Of a DNA stretch of 64,000 nucleotides, positions 25,300 to 37,500 are shown one piece after another (position 1 is the first letter of the stretch; the number at the start of each line of letters is the position of its first letter). This DNA comes from Vicugna vicugna (taxonomy: Eukaryota), in assembly GCA_013265495.1 (NCBI GenBank), contig MU058257.1, forward strand, positions 62,001-126,000, read 5' to 3'. The position numbers and the translations under genes are program-made. The notes below the pieces were generated by a model, which was given only the letters and a program-made list of their open reading frames with translations, had not been told where the DNA came from and made no database searches.

Positions 25300-26350
25300 T
25301 TTCAGTAAAATTCAGAACTTTGAGAACATTGAGAATGAAATGTGAGCTATAGATTAGAAGGCATTTGCAATAAGAATATTCTGCAAAGGATTTATATCCA
25401 GAATATAGAAAGAATGCCTTCAAATTAATGAAAAGGGCCAACAACTCAAAATTTTTTTAATGCGCAAAACATTTAAGTAGGCCTATCACAAAAAAGGACG
25501 TCCAAATGACTGGATAAGCATGTGAAAATGCGCATAATGTCATTGGACAATGGTACCCCACCATACCCCGATAATACCAAGTGTTGGTGAAGATATGGCG
25601 AGAGTGTAAATTGGTACAACTACTTAGGAAAACCATTTGGCGGTATCTACTAAAGCTAAATGTATGTATATACTGTAACTCAGAAACTTCACTTGTCAAC
25701 TCAAGATAAAATGTGCATATGTTTACCAAAAGACACAAACTAAAATGTACAGGAATATCCAACAACAGTAGAATGGATAAAAAATTGTACCATATTTATA
25801 TAATGAAATAATACAGAGCAATGAAAAAGGATGAACTCCTACCATAGCCAACATGAATGAAACTCCTAGACATAATGTTGAGCAAAAGAAGCCTGACACA
25901 AAATGGCACACACCGTACAGTTCCAATAAGATGAAGATGAAGAACATGCGAAACCAGGCTATGGTGACAGAGGTTACAACTGTGGTGTCCTTGGGGGTTA
26001 TCTGCTGGGAGAGACCATGGGCGAGTCTGCTGGTGTGCTGAAATGTTCTCTATCTTAACCTGGGGGAGGTGGGTTGTATGGATGTAGACATAAAAGTAAA
26101 AGAAATCAGAACTATATTTGATATCTTGTGATAACCTAAAATGGAAAGAGAATCTGAAAAAGAATCCATATATATGTATATAACTAATCACTTTGCTGTG
26201 TATCTGAAACATTGTAAATCAACTATACTTCAATTAAAAAAAATTTTTTAAAGGAATCGTATCACAATAAAAAAAATAAGTGAAAGAAATTGATTGATGC
26301 GTATACCTGAGATTCAGGTTCTTTACTGTATATAAGTTAGACCTTAATTT
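25300..26350 (+). mobile_element. L1ME-like ORF2 end/3' UTR with a younger L1 3' tail inserted at about 26095-26250
   Basis: gtgtaaattggtacaactacttaggaaaaccatttggc...cataatgttgagcaaaagaagcc; insert ends atcactttgctgtgtatctgaaacattgtaaatcaactatacttcaattaaaaa. Confidence 0.8.
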
Positions 26351-27004
26351 AAAAAAGAATACTAAATGTTTGTCTTAAAGAAATGACACAAAGTTAGGAA
26401 GGTTATTGTATCACATTTGGGTTAATGCATCACATTTAGAAGTCAGGAAACCAGCATGGCATTCGAATTTCACTACAAAATGGTCTTATGAAAACTGATT
26501 TTCCTCATTTCCAAAACTGGAATATTAATATCCACCAACCTCACATAGCAATTAAGAGAATTAGATGATGTGAAACTATCCTTGAGTTCCTCTTAGAGAA
26601 GCCTGGTATAAATATAAGGTAATATTTTTGGTGGGGCACTCTGAGATCTCATTTTCACCTAAGTAATCTCATAAATACGACCTCCTTTCTTTTAAGTTAC
26701 AGTTGCTAAAACCCATAGAGTAAATGAAAGTGAAATCTGAGTTGTGCAAGCAACAAACTGATAAACTGAGGATAAAGTAGGGCTGCCTCTATTATTCTTT
26801 CCACGACCCTTCTGATGGGCAATCATCACAAAACTGTAAAGTTAATATCTGTACTTATTAAACCTTCCTGAAGGATTCCAGAATCTACTTACTGACAGGA
26901 TTTTCAATTCCAGAGACTCCAATCAAAGATTTATAAACCGGCTCAAGCCCTAATACCATCCTGCACGTCTCCCTCTCTTTGAGGGTTGTTAGTAAAACAA
27001 CTAG

Positions 27005-27360
27005 GTTTCAGTAATATCTATGTATGTAACATGGCTCAAATCACATAGTTCCTCTAAATCTGAGCACTAGCCACATGTGGCTATTAAATACTTGAATTTG
27101 GCTAACCCAAATTGATTTGTCCTCTAAGGATAAACTACATACTGTTTTCAAAATGTACAAAAAAAAAAGAATGTAAACTATCTCATTTTTTAAATAGTGA
27201 TTATATGTCAAAATGATAATATTTTTATTATATTGGGTTAAATAAAATGTATCATTAAAATAAACTTGACCTGTTTATTTTTACCTTTTAAAAATGCAGT
27301 TAATAGAAAACTTTCAATTCCATTTATGGCTTATATTATATTTCCATTGGACACCAGTGC
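27005..27360 (+). mobile_element. MER33-like hAT MITE
   Basis: cactagccacatgtggctattaaatacttgaa...aatgtaaactatctcatt...tatttccattggaca. Confidence 0.75.
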
Positions 27361-27741
27361 TCTAAATAAAAATGAAGATTTTTAAAATGCTACTCTTCTC
27401 AGGACAGAGTTTCCAGAAAGACAGTTTTAAAAATTAGGGTTAAGATTGCTTAAATGTTCTCTGGGCAAATTACCTGTCTTTGTTAAAGATCAAAACCTAC
27501 ATTTAATCTTTATGTATAATCAGCTGAGTTTTTGAATGGTCATATGATATTTGGCCTACCTGAAGTCATGGAGTATTTGATCAGTTTTCCCCAAGCTTTA
27601 ATAACACATAAACCCGTGCTTCTAAAACCTTTGGGGAATCTTGAACTGTTGAGACAGAGAAATGACCTTAGCACATCTCCTACTGGACTACCCAGAACAC
27701 TCCAACAGAAAAAACTATATTCAATTAACCAAAAACAATAC

Positions 27742-28106
27742 TACTACAAGCTGAACTGTGTCCTCCCCCAAACTCATATGTTGAAGCCCTAATCTCTGAA
27801 TACCATGGAATTTGTGAGGTGGGACCTTTGGGAGGCAATTAGGTTTAGACGAGGTCATGAGGATGGGACACTGATGATGAGATTAGTGTTCTTATAAGAA
27901 GAGGAAGACATCAGAACTCTCTCTCCACACGAGGTCACTGCAAGAAGGCAGCCGTCTACAAACCAGGAAGAGAGCCCTCACCAGGAACTGATTCTGCCAG
28001 ACCTTGATCTGCGGCTTCTAGCATTTAGAACTATGAGAAAGTAAATTTCTATTGTTGAAGACACCCCCTCTATTGTATTTTGTTATGGCAGCTCAAGCAA
28101 CTAACA
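27742..28106 (+). mobile_element. MLT1A/B MaLR LTR
   Basis: ctgaactgtgtcctcccccaaactcatatgttgaagccctaa...tattttgttatggcagctcaagcaactaacac. Confidence 0.85.
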
Positions 28107-30135
28107 CTACCACTGAAAGCAACTTCTTTCTAATTGATTATCATAATTAATCTTTATTTAATGCTAATGATGACTATATACATTTTTGTTAAATAAAGGC
28201 ATGGTGATTGGCACAATGTGGAGAATAAACAAATATCTGTTGATTTTCCCTACACGTTAGATAAGACTGGACTGACCCATGGCTCAGTAGACCAGCTTGC
28301 TCACAGACCATTTTTATTGAGCCAGGAAGTGTCATGGAAAATGATCATTATTTGAAAATATTATACAATGAAGTATTTTCTTCTTGACTATCAAAAATAT
28401 TTTCTTCAGCAAATGGAAGTCATATTCCTACTTAAACTGAAAATGCTAAATTGTTAATCTCCCTCTAGGGATCTGCTTCTTGGTATGGTACCTTCAATAA
28501 TTTCATTATCACTTAAGCATAATAAAATCTCATTTTATGCTCCAAGGCACGAACGATCCTAAATGTTGCTCAGTCAGTATAGTGCTCAGCCCTGTGGCTT
28601 CTGGAATAACATTTTTAAAGGCACTGCAAAAAAGAAAGAGAAGGTCCCAGCCCAGGGAACAGGATCATATGCTTTGTTTCTTCAGAAACCTTCAAAATAT
28701 CTTTGGGTACTTGGGTTTAAAGAAAGAGGGGGAAAAGGGTAGAGAACCAAATAGGGTAGTTAACTCTTGTTATCACTTTAATCCCTTCTGCCACCTCTTT
28801 GAATGCCAAAAAAAATCTATACAAAATTTTGTTTGTCCTACATTTATTTTCTGGGAAAAGACCCTGAGATCTGAACATAACCTCCAAGGAGATAGCAACC
28901 AAAAAGGTTAAGAACCTCTTGTTTAAGGGTTTACTTTGGTGAAGTGAATGAACAGCCCTCCTCCTACCTCCAAGCCAGGCGTAACCAGCCTCCTCACTTG
29001 CGACATATATACCACTTAACATGAGACCTCAGAAGGTGGACTGGGCTCTGCTTCCACTATTGGGCGGGTCACCTTGTTCCTTGGTTTGATATCCTGGTGT
29101 GTGTAGGTTTATGCAGGTTCCCTCCCACTTCCCCCTTCCTCCTAGTTGTCCCTGTTAAATATGAGTGGACCTTGAGTGGCTGTTTCCTCCTTAGAGTGAG
29201 ACTCACAGTGCGAACTGCTACTCTATTTATCAACATACCCCTCCCCCTTACTCCTGTCTACTCTTTTGAGGCCACCTGAATGTATCACAGTGCTGGAAGG
29301 GTTGTCCAGCATTTACTCTTTGTATTTTGGTCTAGAGATGATCAGTTTGGGCGGCAGTACTTTTAAGCTTCTGGGATCCCGTTTCTGCATTGCCGTTCCC
29401 AGGTCGTATACAATTCTCCTCCATTCCCACAGTAAGTTGTTCTGAGAGCGCAATGGTGTGCTCTTAGCTCCCTAGAAAAGAATATTACGCACACCTAACA
29501 CACACTTTCTGTTTCTGCCAATTATTTTGGCATTATTCCATCAAATGGCACAGCCCGCTGCACCTGCCTTGGCCATTTCTCCCCCAAGAGTCAGCAGGGC
29601 GATCAGGCACCCACTGACGTCGCAGCGCTCACCCCTATCAGCCTCTCCAAGCCCCACATTGCAAGTTCTCTCCTTGAATATAACTCCTGATCTTCCCTCC
29701 TACAGTCCTCCTCGCACGGGGGCAAGGAACTGAAGCTCCCTCTTTCCCACACTCGGCTTACCAGTAAATTGTAAAATCTCTTTTCCTTCTAGAGCGCACG
29801 CAGATGGGTAAGTTTTTGGGTTGTTTTTCTCCCCCTAAAACTTGCCTGAAACCAGTGAGTCTGGCCCTCCGACACCTTGCATCTCAAGGCGAGGTGGGCT
29901 GTTCAGGACGGTCCCCGACACCCAGGACTGCTGAGAACGAGATCGGCCTCGGGGAGCGGCGGGGAGGCGCAGGCGAGACCGGGCCGAGAGGCGGGCACCC
30001 GGGACAGCAGCGCCCCGACTCGCCGACCCCCGCGGCGCCGGCGTCAGGACCCCCGTGCCGGGCAGGGCCCGCCGTCCCCGGGGGCGGGCGGCCGGGCCGG
30101 CCGGGGCCGGGGGCTCCGCGGCCTCCGGCTGCTCC

Positions 30136-30432
30136 NNNNNNNNNNNNNNNNNNNNNNNNNNNNNNNNNNNNNNNNNNNNNNNNNNNNNNNNNNNNNNNNN
30201 NNNNNNNNNNNNNNNNNNNNNNNNNNNNNNNNNNNNNNNNNNNNNNNNNNNNNNNNNNNNNNNNNNNNNNNNNNNNNNNNNNNNNNNNNNNNNNNNNNNN
30301 NNNNNNNNNNNNNNNNNNNNNNNNNNNNNNNNNNNNNNNNNNNNNNNNNNNNNNNNNNNNNNNNNNNNNNNNNNNNNNNNNNNNNNNNNNNNNNNNNNNN
30401 NNNNNNNNNNNNNNNNNNNNNNNNNNNNNNNN
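30136..30432. other. Assembly gap (297 N) inside the BEND7 CpG island
   Basis: Run of N flanked by extremely GC-rich sequence. Confidence 0.99.
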
Positions 30433-30782
30433 CGCCGCCGCGTCCAGAGCTGCGCCCAGGCCGGCCCGCAGGGAGCGCCCAGGGCGCCGGCAGCCCCGGC
30501 CCGCCCTCCCTGTCCTCCCTGCCCCCAGCTCGCTCCCCAACGGAAAGTTCGGCTCCGGCGGCGTCTCGCCCTGCAGCCGGGGATGAGCCGGGGTCGCGGG
30601 GCGCGCTGAGCGTCGGCCAGGAGGGGGCAACTTCTCCCGGGAAGGCGCCTCCCGCCCAGCCCCGCCGGCCGCAGCCTCCGGGCGGGCTCCAGTGGTTTTT
30701 CCCTTGCCTGTGCCTCCCCCCTGCGGATCCAAGAGACGGACCTTGGTCCCCGCGCTCCCGCTGCCGGGTGACAAGAGCCAGC

Positions 30783-30800
30783 GCCGCCGCCGCCGCCGCC
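30783..30800 (+). repeat. (GCC)6 trinucleotide repeat in the putative BEND7 5' UTR
   Basis: Directly visible, 77 nt upstream of the ATG. Confidence 0.9.
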
Positions 30801-30877
30801 TCGGCCGCCGCTCCCTCCGTCCCTCCCTCCGACCCTCCGCGCCGGCCGCAGCCCCTGCGCTGCCTGCTCGCGGCACC

Positions 30878-30938
30878 ATGGAGTTCTCGGAGAGGAAGAG
30901 GAGCAGGAAATCCCAGAGCTTCAAACTGGTGAGCCGAG
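30878..30938 (+). CDS. BEND7: BEN domain-containing protein 7, coding exon 1 (MEFSERKRSRKSQSFKLVSR)
   Basis: Strong Kozak context GGCACC-ATG-G; peptide matches the recalled BEND7 N-terminus; donor G|GTAAGC at 30939; 61 nt, ends phase 1. Confidence 0.95.
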
Positions 30939-33192
30939 GTAAGCGGCGGCCGGGCCGGGCCGGGCGGGGGGCGTGCGGACGGCGGAGGGAGGACTTGGCG
31001 CTGCGTAAACAGACCCCGGCCCCTCGCCCCTCTCCCCGGCCGCGCGGCCAACTCCCGGGGTCCCCCCGGGCCCCCTCCCGAGGGGGCTGCGGCCGCGCTC
31101 GCCGGGCGGCGGGGAAAGTTGTGCGGGGGGAGGCAGGATGTTGTTCCGCGTAAACAAGTCGGAGGGCACATCAGGAAATTAACAAACAATGACACTTGGG
31201 GAGCGGAGAGCCTTCTTGGGTATTCCACTCCTGTGGCTCGGCTGCGGCGGCGGCGGCGGGGGGGGGACCTTTCCATCAGGCCGTGCGGACACCACGGCGG
31301 ACCAATGGTTGTGGTGGTTGGGGTTCTTTTTTTCCCTCCCCCTAAAGAGAAGGGGGAAAAGGTGGTGGTGGCTCTTTTAAGATCGAGAAAGAAGCTCATT
31401 AGATGTGCAAGCCCAAGTAAGAATTGCTGACATTCAGCGTCTTTTCTGGATACGTTATTTGAGCTGGAAAGGTATTTTAGAATAGATCACTTATCAGTCA
31501 GATAAGTATCATTAAAAAAAAAATCCAGCCAGTCCCTAACAGGTGCACACCGTAGTCTCTGGGCTTGGGTTTGTTGTACCAGGGGAGGGGAAAGTTGAAT
31601 AGTCCTGTCTGTGTTCAGTGCCTTGTTAGAGTCTTTATTTTTCCTGATCTGACTTTTGAAAAACGATAAGAACTTAAGGGCAGACGTAAAAACATATGTC
31701 CATCAAAACGCATTGTGCATTAATAATCACCTTAAATTAGAAGCTGGTAACTTTTTCTCATCCTGATGTCACAAGTCCTCACACTGAGTTGAGAACGATC
31801 CTGTTTAAATATCTTCTCTGAGTCAGCATGCAGTCAAAACCGAACCACAGAACCTGTCCATTCTGTTGTTTTATCTAGCATTGACATCAGAGGAGAGAGC
31901 GAGGCGATTGTTTTAACAACCTGGAGAAGTCGCATGTAAGCTGATGAAAACTGAAGGGCAGTTTTGAGTAACAGAGCTTTTTCAGCTAAGCTGAGCTAAC
32001 GATGTATGTAGATTCAATCAAGCCTGCTTTCGGTTAGTCTGAAAATGGTTTGGTTATGGACATTTTGAAGTTCTACTCATAACCTGTTTCCTCCAATTTA
32101 GTTTGGATACTCTTAAATGAAAAAGGCCTGAAATAGTTTTACGTATTAAAATGTTTGGCTTTCCCCTCTTCCTGTGTCCTCCCCCCCCCCCCGCCCCGCA
32201 CCAATAGTGTTGATTTCTCAGTCATTTGTACTTCAGAAATCTTTTCATATATGACTGGCCTCTTGGTCTATCTGATTCATTCTGGAATGTCGGCTGCTTT
32301 CTTATGTCTGACCTCAGGGAACTCACTACTTTATCTTAAAAGTGAGAGTGTTTTGTAGACCTTGCCCTGTGAGGTTGAAGGCCCCAAAAAGGGAATGGCT
32401 GTTAAGAAAGAACCTTTAGTTTCTTGCCTAAGCAATCCTACTTTTTTAGAAACAGAGAATTGCCAAAGCGCAGTAGAGAAGCTTGTAAAACACTGTGTTT
32501 TAAAGTTTGACTGACATAGCAAGTTTGTCTTTCTCCTTTAAAAAAAAAAAACAAAACTATAGGTCTGATTCTTCTCTCTGCAGGTGCGTTCTTAGAACAT
32601 AAACGATTGCATATTAAAGTGCACTAACTGAATGCAAGACTCGCTTGGGTGAAAAATGAGAATCTTGCTTTCTTATCCAGGTTATACTGTATTTGAAATA
32701 ACAAATCAGTATTTTTCATGTGTGCTTCTGGGATTTTTTTTCTGGGTAAACTGAGAGTACCAGGTAGCTAACTCGGAAGCATACCATTCCTCTACTCATG
32801 AATATGGGTTGTGGAGATGAATTGGGACTCTTCCCCTGGCCTATGATTGGGCAAGGTTTTTTCTTCACCTTATAAACATACTTGTCATTTGGAAGAAAAG
32901 AAACCTAGTATGTAATTGGCATCTGTGGGCCAAATTTCCTGTGAAAGCTGCGTGAGCGAGCAGGGTGTTTTCTTAAGTCAAAGTCATGATTTCAGGTTTG
33001 TGTACTTCTCCAGAGTAAGCAAAGTTTTGGGGATCTGCAGATTCTGCAGGTGATTAGCTGTGTTCTCGAAAATTACATTTACGAATTACAGTCTAGGGTG
33101 TACATAATCTGTAATGAGATTCCAGTCCTTCTTGCTTATGCGTAGCTTGCAGGCCATTAGAATTCTAATTTCTGGTTGTTTTCTCACCCCAG

Positions 33193-33276
33193 ATTATCAC
33201 CACGAAGTATATAAGATCTCAGAATTCAGCAGCGATGTTAATGGGGAGGCCAAAGAGACACAACCCATTTTTTTAG
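33193..33276 (+). CDS. BEND7: BEND7 coding exon 2 (DYHHEVYKISEFSSDVNGEAKETQPIFL)
   Basis: Acceptor ttctcaccccag, donor G|GTAGGT; 84 nt, phase 1-1, in frame with exons 1 and 3; peptide visible in ORF 33114..33332. Confidence 0.95.
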   Translation: MITTKYIRSQNSAAMLMGRPKRHNPFF

Positions 33277-36164
33277 GTAGGTTCTTATGTCAATTAATTT
33301 CTGAGCAAAACAGCGTGGCCATTTGCAATTAGGGGGAAGGGAAAAAAAAAAAAGGTTATGCCAGAACGGGAAATGTCTGCCTTGGCTTAACGTGTAACAT
33401 TCTTTTCAAGACCTTTTATTTTACAGATTGCCAATATATCCCTTATTAACATCGCTAAAAGTTGTAATTTCAGACATAAATGTTTATTAGTGTCTATACA
33501 CAGCGCTAATTATCACTCGCTCCCGGAGCCAGATGCTGACCGTGCAGTTTTGTGGCTCCGCACTCACCCCCATCTCCATTGCATATTCGCTGGCATGCTT
33601 CACTGGCAGTAGTTTGTGTAATTGGGGTATTACATCTTTGACATCTGGATAACAGAAATTCAATTTCCAGGAAGCCGCTATTTGTTTGGTTTTGCCTCTG
33701 CCTTGGGTGGGATAGAGGATTAATATGCTGTCTTATTATAACGACGTCCTTTCACCTCCGTGGCCTGGTTGCTAATCCTGCCATGACAAAATTAAATTAA
33801 CTCTCCAACCAAAAAGCGGAAGGAAAATAAAAGGGTGATTGTCCGCCTAACCACCTCTTGATCGGACAAGCTATCAGTGAGCCACTCCTCATTTTCCCGA
33901 CTTTGTGTTCGTTTCACACCAACATTTGTGGTCAGAGAGGAGCCAGGCTTTGCTCTCCCCTCCTCTTCACCATTCCCAGCTCACCTCAGGGCCATGCAGA
34001 GCAAAGAGCACCTCTGAAACCACCCAACAAGTGCAGCTGCATGATGGATGAGTGGGTCCCTCCAAAATGATGCCACTCTTCCCAAGTGATGTTTTTGGTA
34101 CAAATACTGTGCCTGAGCGACCCTGCCTGGGCAGTTTGTTATCTGCAGACCATGAGCCAAAAATTAAACGACCGAGGATTTTGCCCTTAAGAGTGAAGTA
34201 CCCACGAGGTCGGAGTGGGGGTGGATCACGGCATGTGGCTTCTACCTTGCCCATCCCAAACATCTCCCCAAGCCCCCGCTAGGAGCATGAGAGCTGGGTA
34301 CCACACGACAGGGAAGCAGAAGATGGGAGACGGTCCTGGCAAGAGTGGTTAAAAGCAGGGGCCAGAATGGCCACATCTCTGGGGGAGTTGATTGGTCTTA
34401 AGGAAGCAGGACTGGTGCTCAGATCCAGTGTACTGCCAATTAAAACAACGTGGAAACCGCACGGAGGCGTGTTCCCTCTCTTTTGCTTTGAAGAAGAGAG
34501 CTGGTGGGTGGCAAAAGATTGAGACGTCAAACAGATACTAAATAGGGGTAAAATAGGAGGGAAGTAATGGCTTTTCTTCCCCACCTGGATCTTTCCATCC
34601 AGAGACCATGCCTGAGGCCAGCACTCTCTCAGCACCTGTTTACTATTAAGAGGTCTCAAGCCCAAAGGTTAATAGTCAAACGAAACACCATGACCCTGCA
34701 GAATACCTTAAACATCCTCAGTTAGAAGTCTGTATTTTTCAGCTCCCCAAACTTTCATCGGTTGGAATTCTGTATCAAAGCACCCCTCAACTTAACATTT
34801 GAAATGAAGAATTTCCCTGTTAGTAGGACATGTATGTTTATCATAAAGAGGGAACGTCACGTCCTTGGTTTAGTTCATCTCCGACAGAGCAGGCTTTTCC
34901 CTGCTTTCTGCTGTGACTTGGAGGGTGGTGAGGACACTACACAGTTTGTGAATTCTGGGCACAAGAGAGTGAAGGATGCAGAACAGGGAGATTCTAGTGC
35001 CTGGGATTCAGTGACAGGTAAACTCCTGAAAGGGTGGGCCTGGCTGCTTTCACATTTCCTAGCTCAAGTCCAGGAAGATAAGAGAACAACAGTAAACAGG
35101 CTTGGGATGTTTCTAAGTTGTTGGTCCCAGAGGCCTTAGACATTGAGACAAAAGACTGAACAGCGTGAAAGTGTGCCTGGGTTATTTCTCTGTCCTTTGC
35201 TCATTCTGGGGAAAGTGCAGTATAGTTCCCAAAGAACGCTTCTATTTTGTGATCTTCAGGTCAATTTGAAAAAAGAAAAGAAAAAAAAAAAAAGCAGAAG
35301 AGCAAATGATTACACAAACCTGATTTCTAGTCCTTGAGGATAGTTCCTGATAGCGTACGAAGTTCAGAATTCTGTTGCTGATGATGTTGTAAGATAGACC
35401 TTTCTTTAATTTATAGTTACTGTTCTCCAAACCCAAGTGTCAATCATGTTTGTTCTGTAAGTGGCTGGAGTCTGTCTGTAATATTACTTATCATGCTGTA
35501 GAATTCCATGTGGGGTTTGTGATGTCCAAGGGGGTCTGTTAACAAAACACCAGGACTGTTTTCACCTATAACACGGTCCTCAAACATGGCTCTGGGATGC
35601 TGTGTGGGATTTGTTCTGTTGAAACGTGTGTTATCTTTGATACTCTCTGCACCTATGAGATCAGAGTTCGTGTCTCTGGGAAGGAGAAGGCTCCAGAATT
35701 TGGCAGAGGTTCCCACCTCAAATCAGTTTCCCTGGAATATTTTTAGGCTGTTGGTTAACAGCACATCCGACACTCAGTAGTGTGACTGGCTTGGCTGAGC
35801 GCTTTGGGCGTTCCTCGCACACTTTGAACTTGATAGTAGGGTCAGAAGAGGTTCCTTTACCCTCTGGACACTGGCTTTGTCAAGCTGGCTGGGATGGGCC
35901 ACTGTAAAGATTTGAGCCCTACTTTGGAGAAAAATGGCTTAATTCAATTCATTTTGCTCAATTCAACAGGTTTTTTTTTTGGTTGTTTTTTTTTTTTTTT
36001 GAGAAAATACTATGAACTCAGCACTTCTCTGGGATGGAAGTGGGATTGGGAGAAACCAAAGAGATGGATAGGACGGGGACCCTGCTCACAAGGATTAAAA
36101 TCCTGGTGGGGAGAGAAGACAAATTCAGGACATGGTTAAGGAACAAAATTCAGTCATCAGAAGA

Positions 36165-36370
36165 GCTTCGGTTGTCTGAGCGCTCACTGTGTGCCCGGCA
36201 CTGCGCTGAGCCCTTTACGTGAATTCTCTCGTTTACTCTCCAGAGCAAATCTCTGAGAGTCGTTGCCATCCCTGTTTGGTGGATGAGACTTAGAGGTGTG
36301 AGTTCGGCCGCCACAGGTCTCTCAAGTGGCAAGTGCCACACCTGGGACCCCACGCAGGTCCACCTGAGCT
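36165..36370 (-). mobile_element. MIR SINE
   Basis: tgagcgctcactgtgtgcccggcactgcgctgagc...ggatgagacttagaggtg MIR core. Confidence 0.7.
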
Positions 36371-37111
36371 GTCCACACCTCGTGGCATGGTGCAGGCATG
36401 ACAGACCCCAAACACGAGCCTTCAGGGCAATGAGCAAAAGCAGATCGGAAGGGGAGGATCACACTTAGGGAAGGGTGGAGAGCTCTGAAAAAGCGAGACC
36501 TTGAACTCAGGAAGGATCTGGACCAGAGAAGATTCCAGGGAGGAAGGAGGGATGGGTGACATGAGCCTCAGGAGAGAGCTGAGCGTCACCAGACGGGGAC
36601 TTTGAGTGAGGGCTGCGCTTTATAGTCTAGAAAGTGCTTGCGTACCTGTCTGATGACTTTACAGCGGACCTGTGCGTAGCCAGGGTGGACCTTGTTATTC
36701 TCATTACCCAGAGGAAGAAACTGAGCCTCACAGCTGAGCGACTTGCTCGTAAGGGGAATCTGGAGTAAGCCGACGCCTCCTGTCGAAAGAGTTCTTGCCG
36801 CCACCTGGTTGAGCCGGGCCGTCCCAGGCTCATCAGAGAAGCCTCAGCCGGCAGCAGGGTATTTTAGAAAGTATTCTAGTGAGGCAGTTAATTTATTATT
36901 CCCAGCAATAATACAGACATTTCATAATATCTCTTTTTAGACATGAGATTTTTTTAACTTCTAGATTTACTATTTTAGTAGATGAGTTTGAAACATCTAT
37001 TTTTCAGGTGTTTGGTCTCATTCATTTATTCATTCAACAAATACTTATTGAGCTCCAGTTACATGCCGGGTCCTGCTTAGTTGTTCCTTTGTTTTTGTTT
37101 TTTTAATTGCC

Positions 37112-37350
37112 TTTTTATAAACTTTTTTATTGATTTATAATCATTTTACAATGTTGTGTCAAATTCCAGTGTACAGGACAATTTTTCAGTTATACATGAA
37201 CATATATATATTCATCGTCACATTTTTTTCTCTGTGAGCTATCATAAGATCTTGTATATATTTCCCTGTGCTATCCATAATCTTGTTTATTTATTCTACA
37301 ATTTTGAAATCCCAGTCTATCCCTTCCCACCCCCCCATTTCCCACCCCCC
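37112..37350 (-). mobile_element. Lineage-specific L1 3' end
   Basis: ttttttattgatttataatcattttacaatgttgtgtcaaattccagtgt...tatttccctgtgctat...aatcccagtctatcccttcccacccc. Confidence 0.85.
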
Positions 37351-37500
37351 TATTTTTTGTTTTGTTTTGTTTTGTTTCATTTTTGGAGGGGGGAGATAAT
37401 TAGGTTTATTTATTTATTTTAGAGGCAGTACTGGGGATTGAACCTAGGACCTCATGCATGGTAAGCATGTGCTCTACCACTTGAGCTATACCCTCCCCCC
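37351..37500 (-). mobile_element. tRNA-derived SINE (Vic-1-like)
   Basis: Reverse complement: gggggagggtatagctcaagtggtagagcacatgc...ggttcaatccccagtac, then an A-rich tail. Confidence 0.9.

Larger units (their letters stand above)
29900..31310 (+). promoter_or_regulatory. BEND7: BEND7 CpG-island promoter, 5' UTR and start of intron 1
   Basis: Very GC- and CpG-rich block around exon 1; GC box GGGGCGGG near 30081; (GCC)6 at 30783-30800. Confidence 0.9.

Noticed and set aside
29804..31430. Long ORFs (260-451 aa) on both strands
   Set aside because: They read through the N gap and GC-rich, stop-poor CpG-island DNA; only 30878-30938 has splice and protein support.
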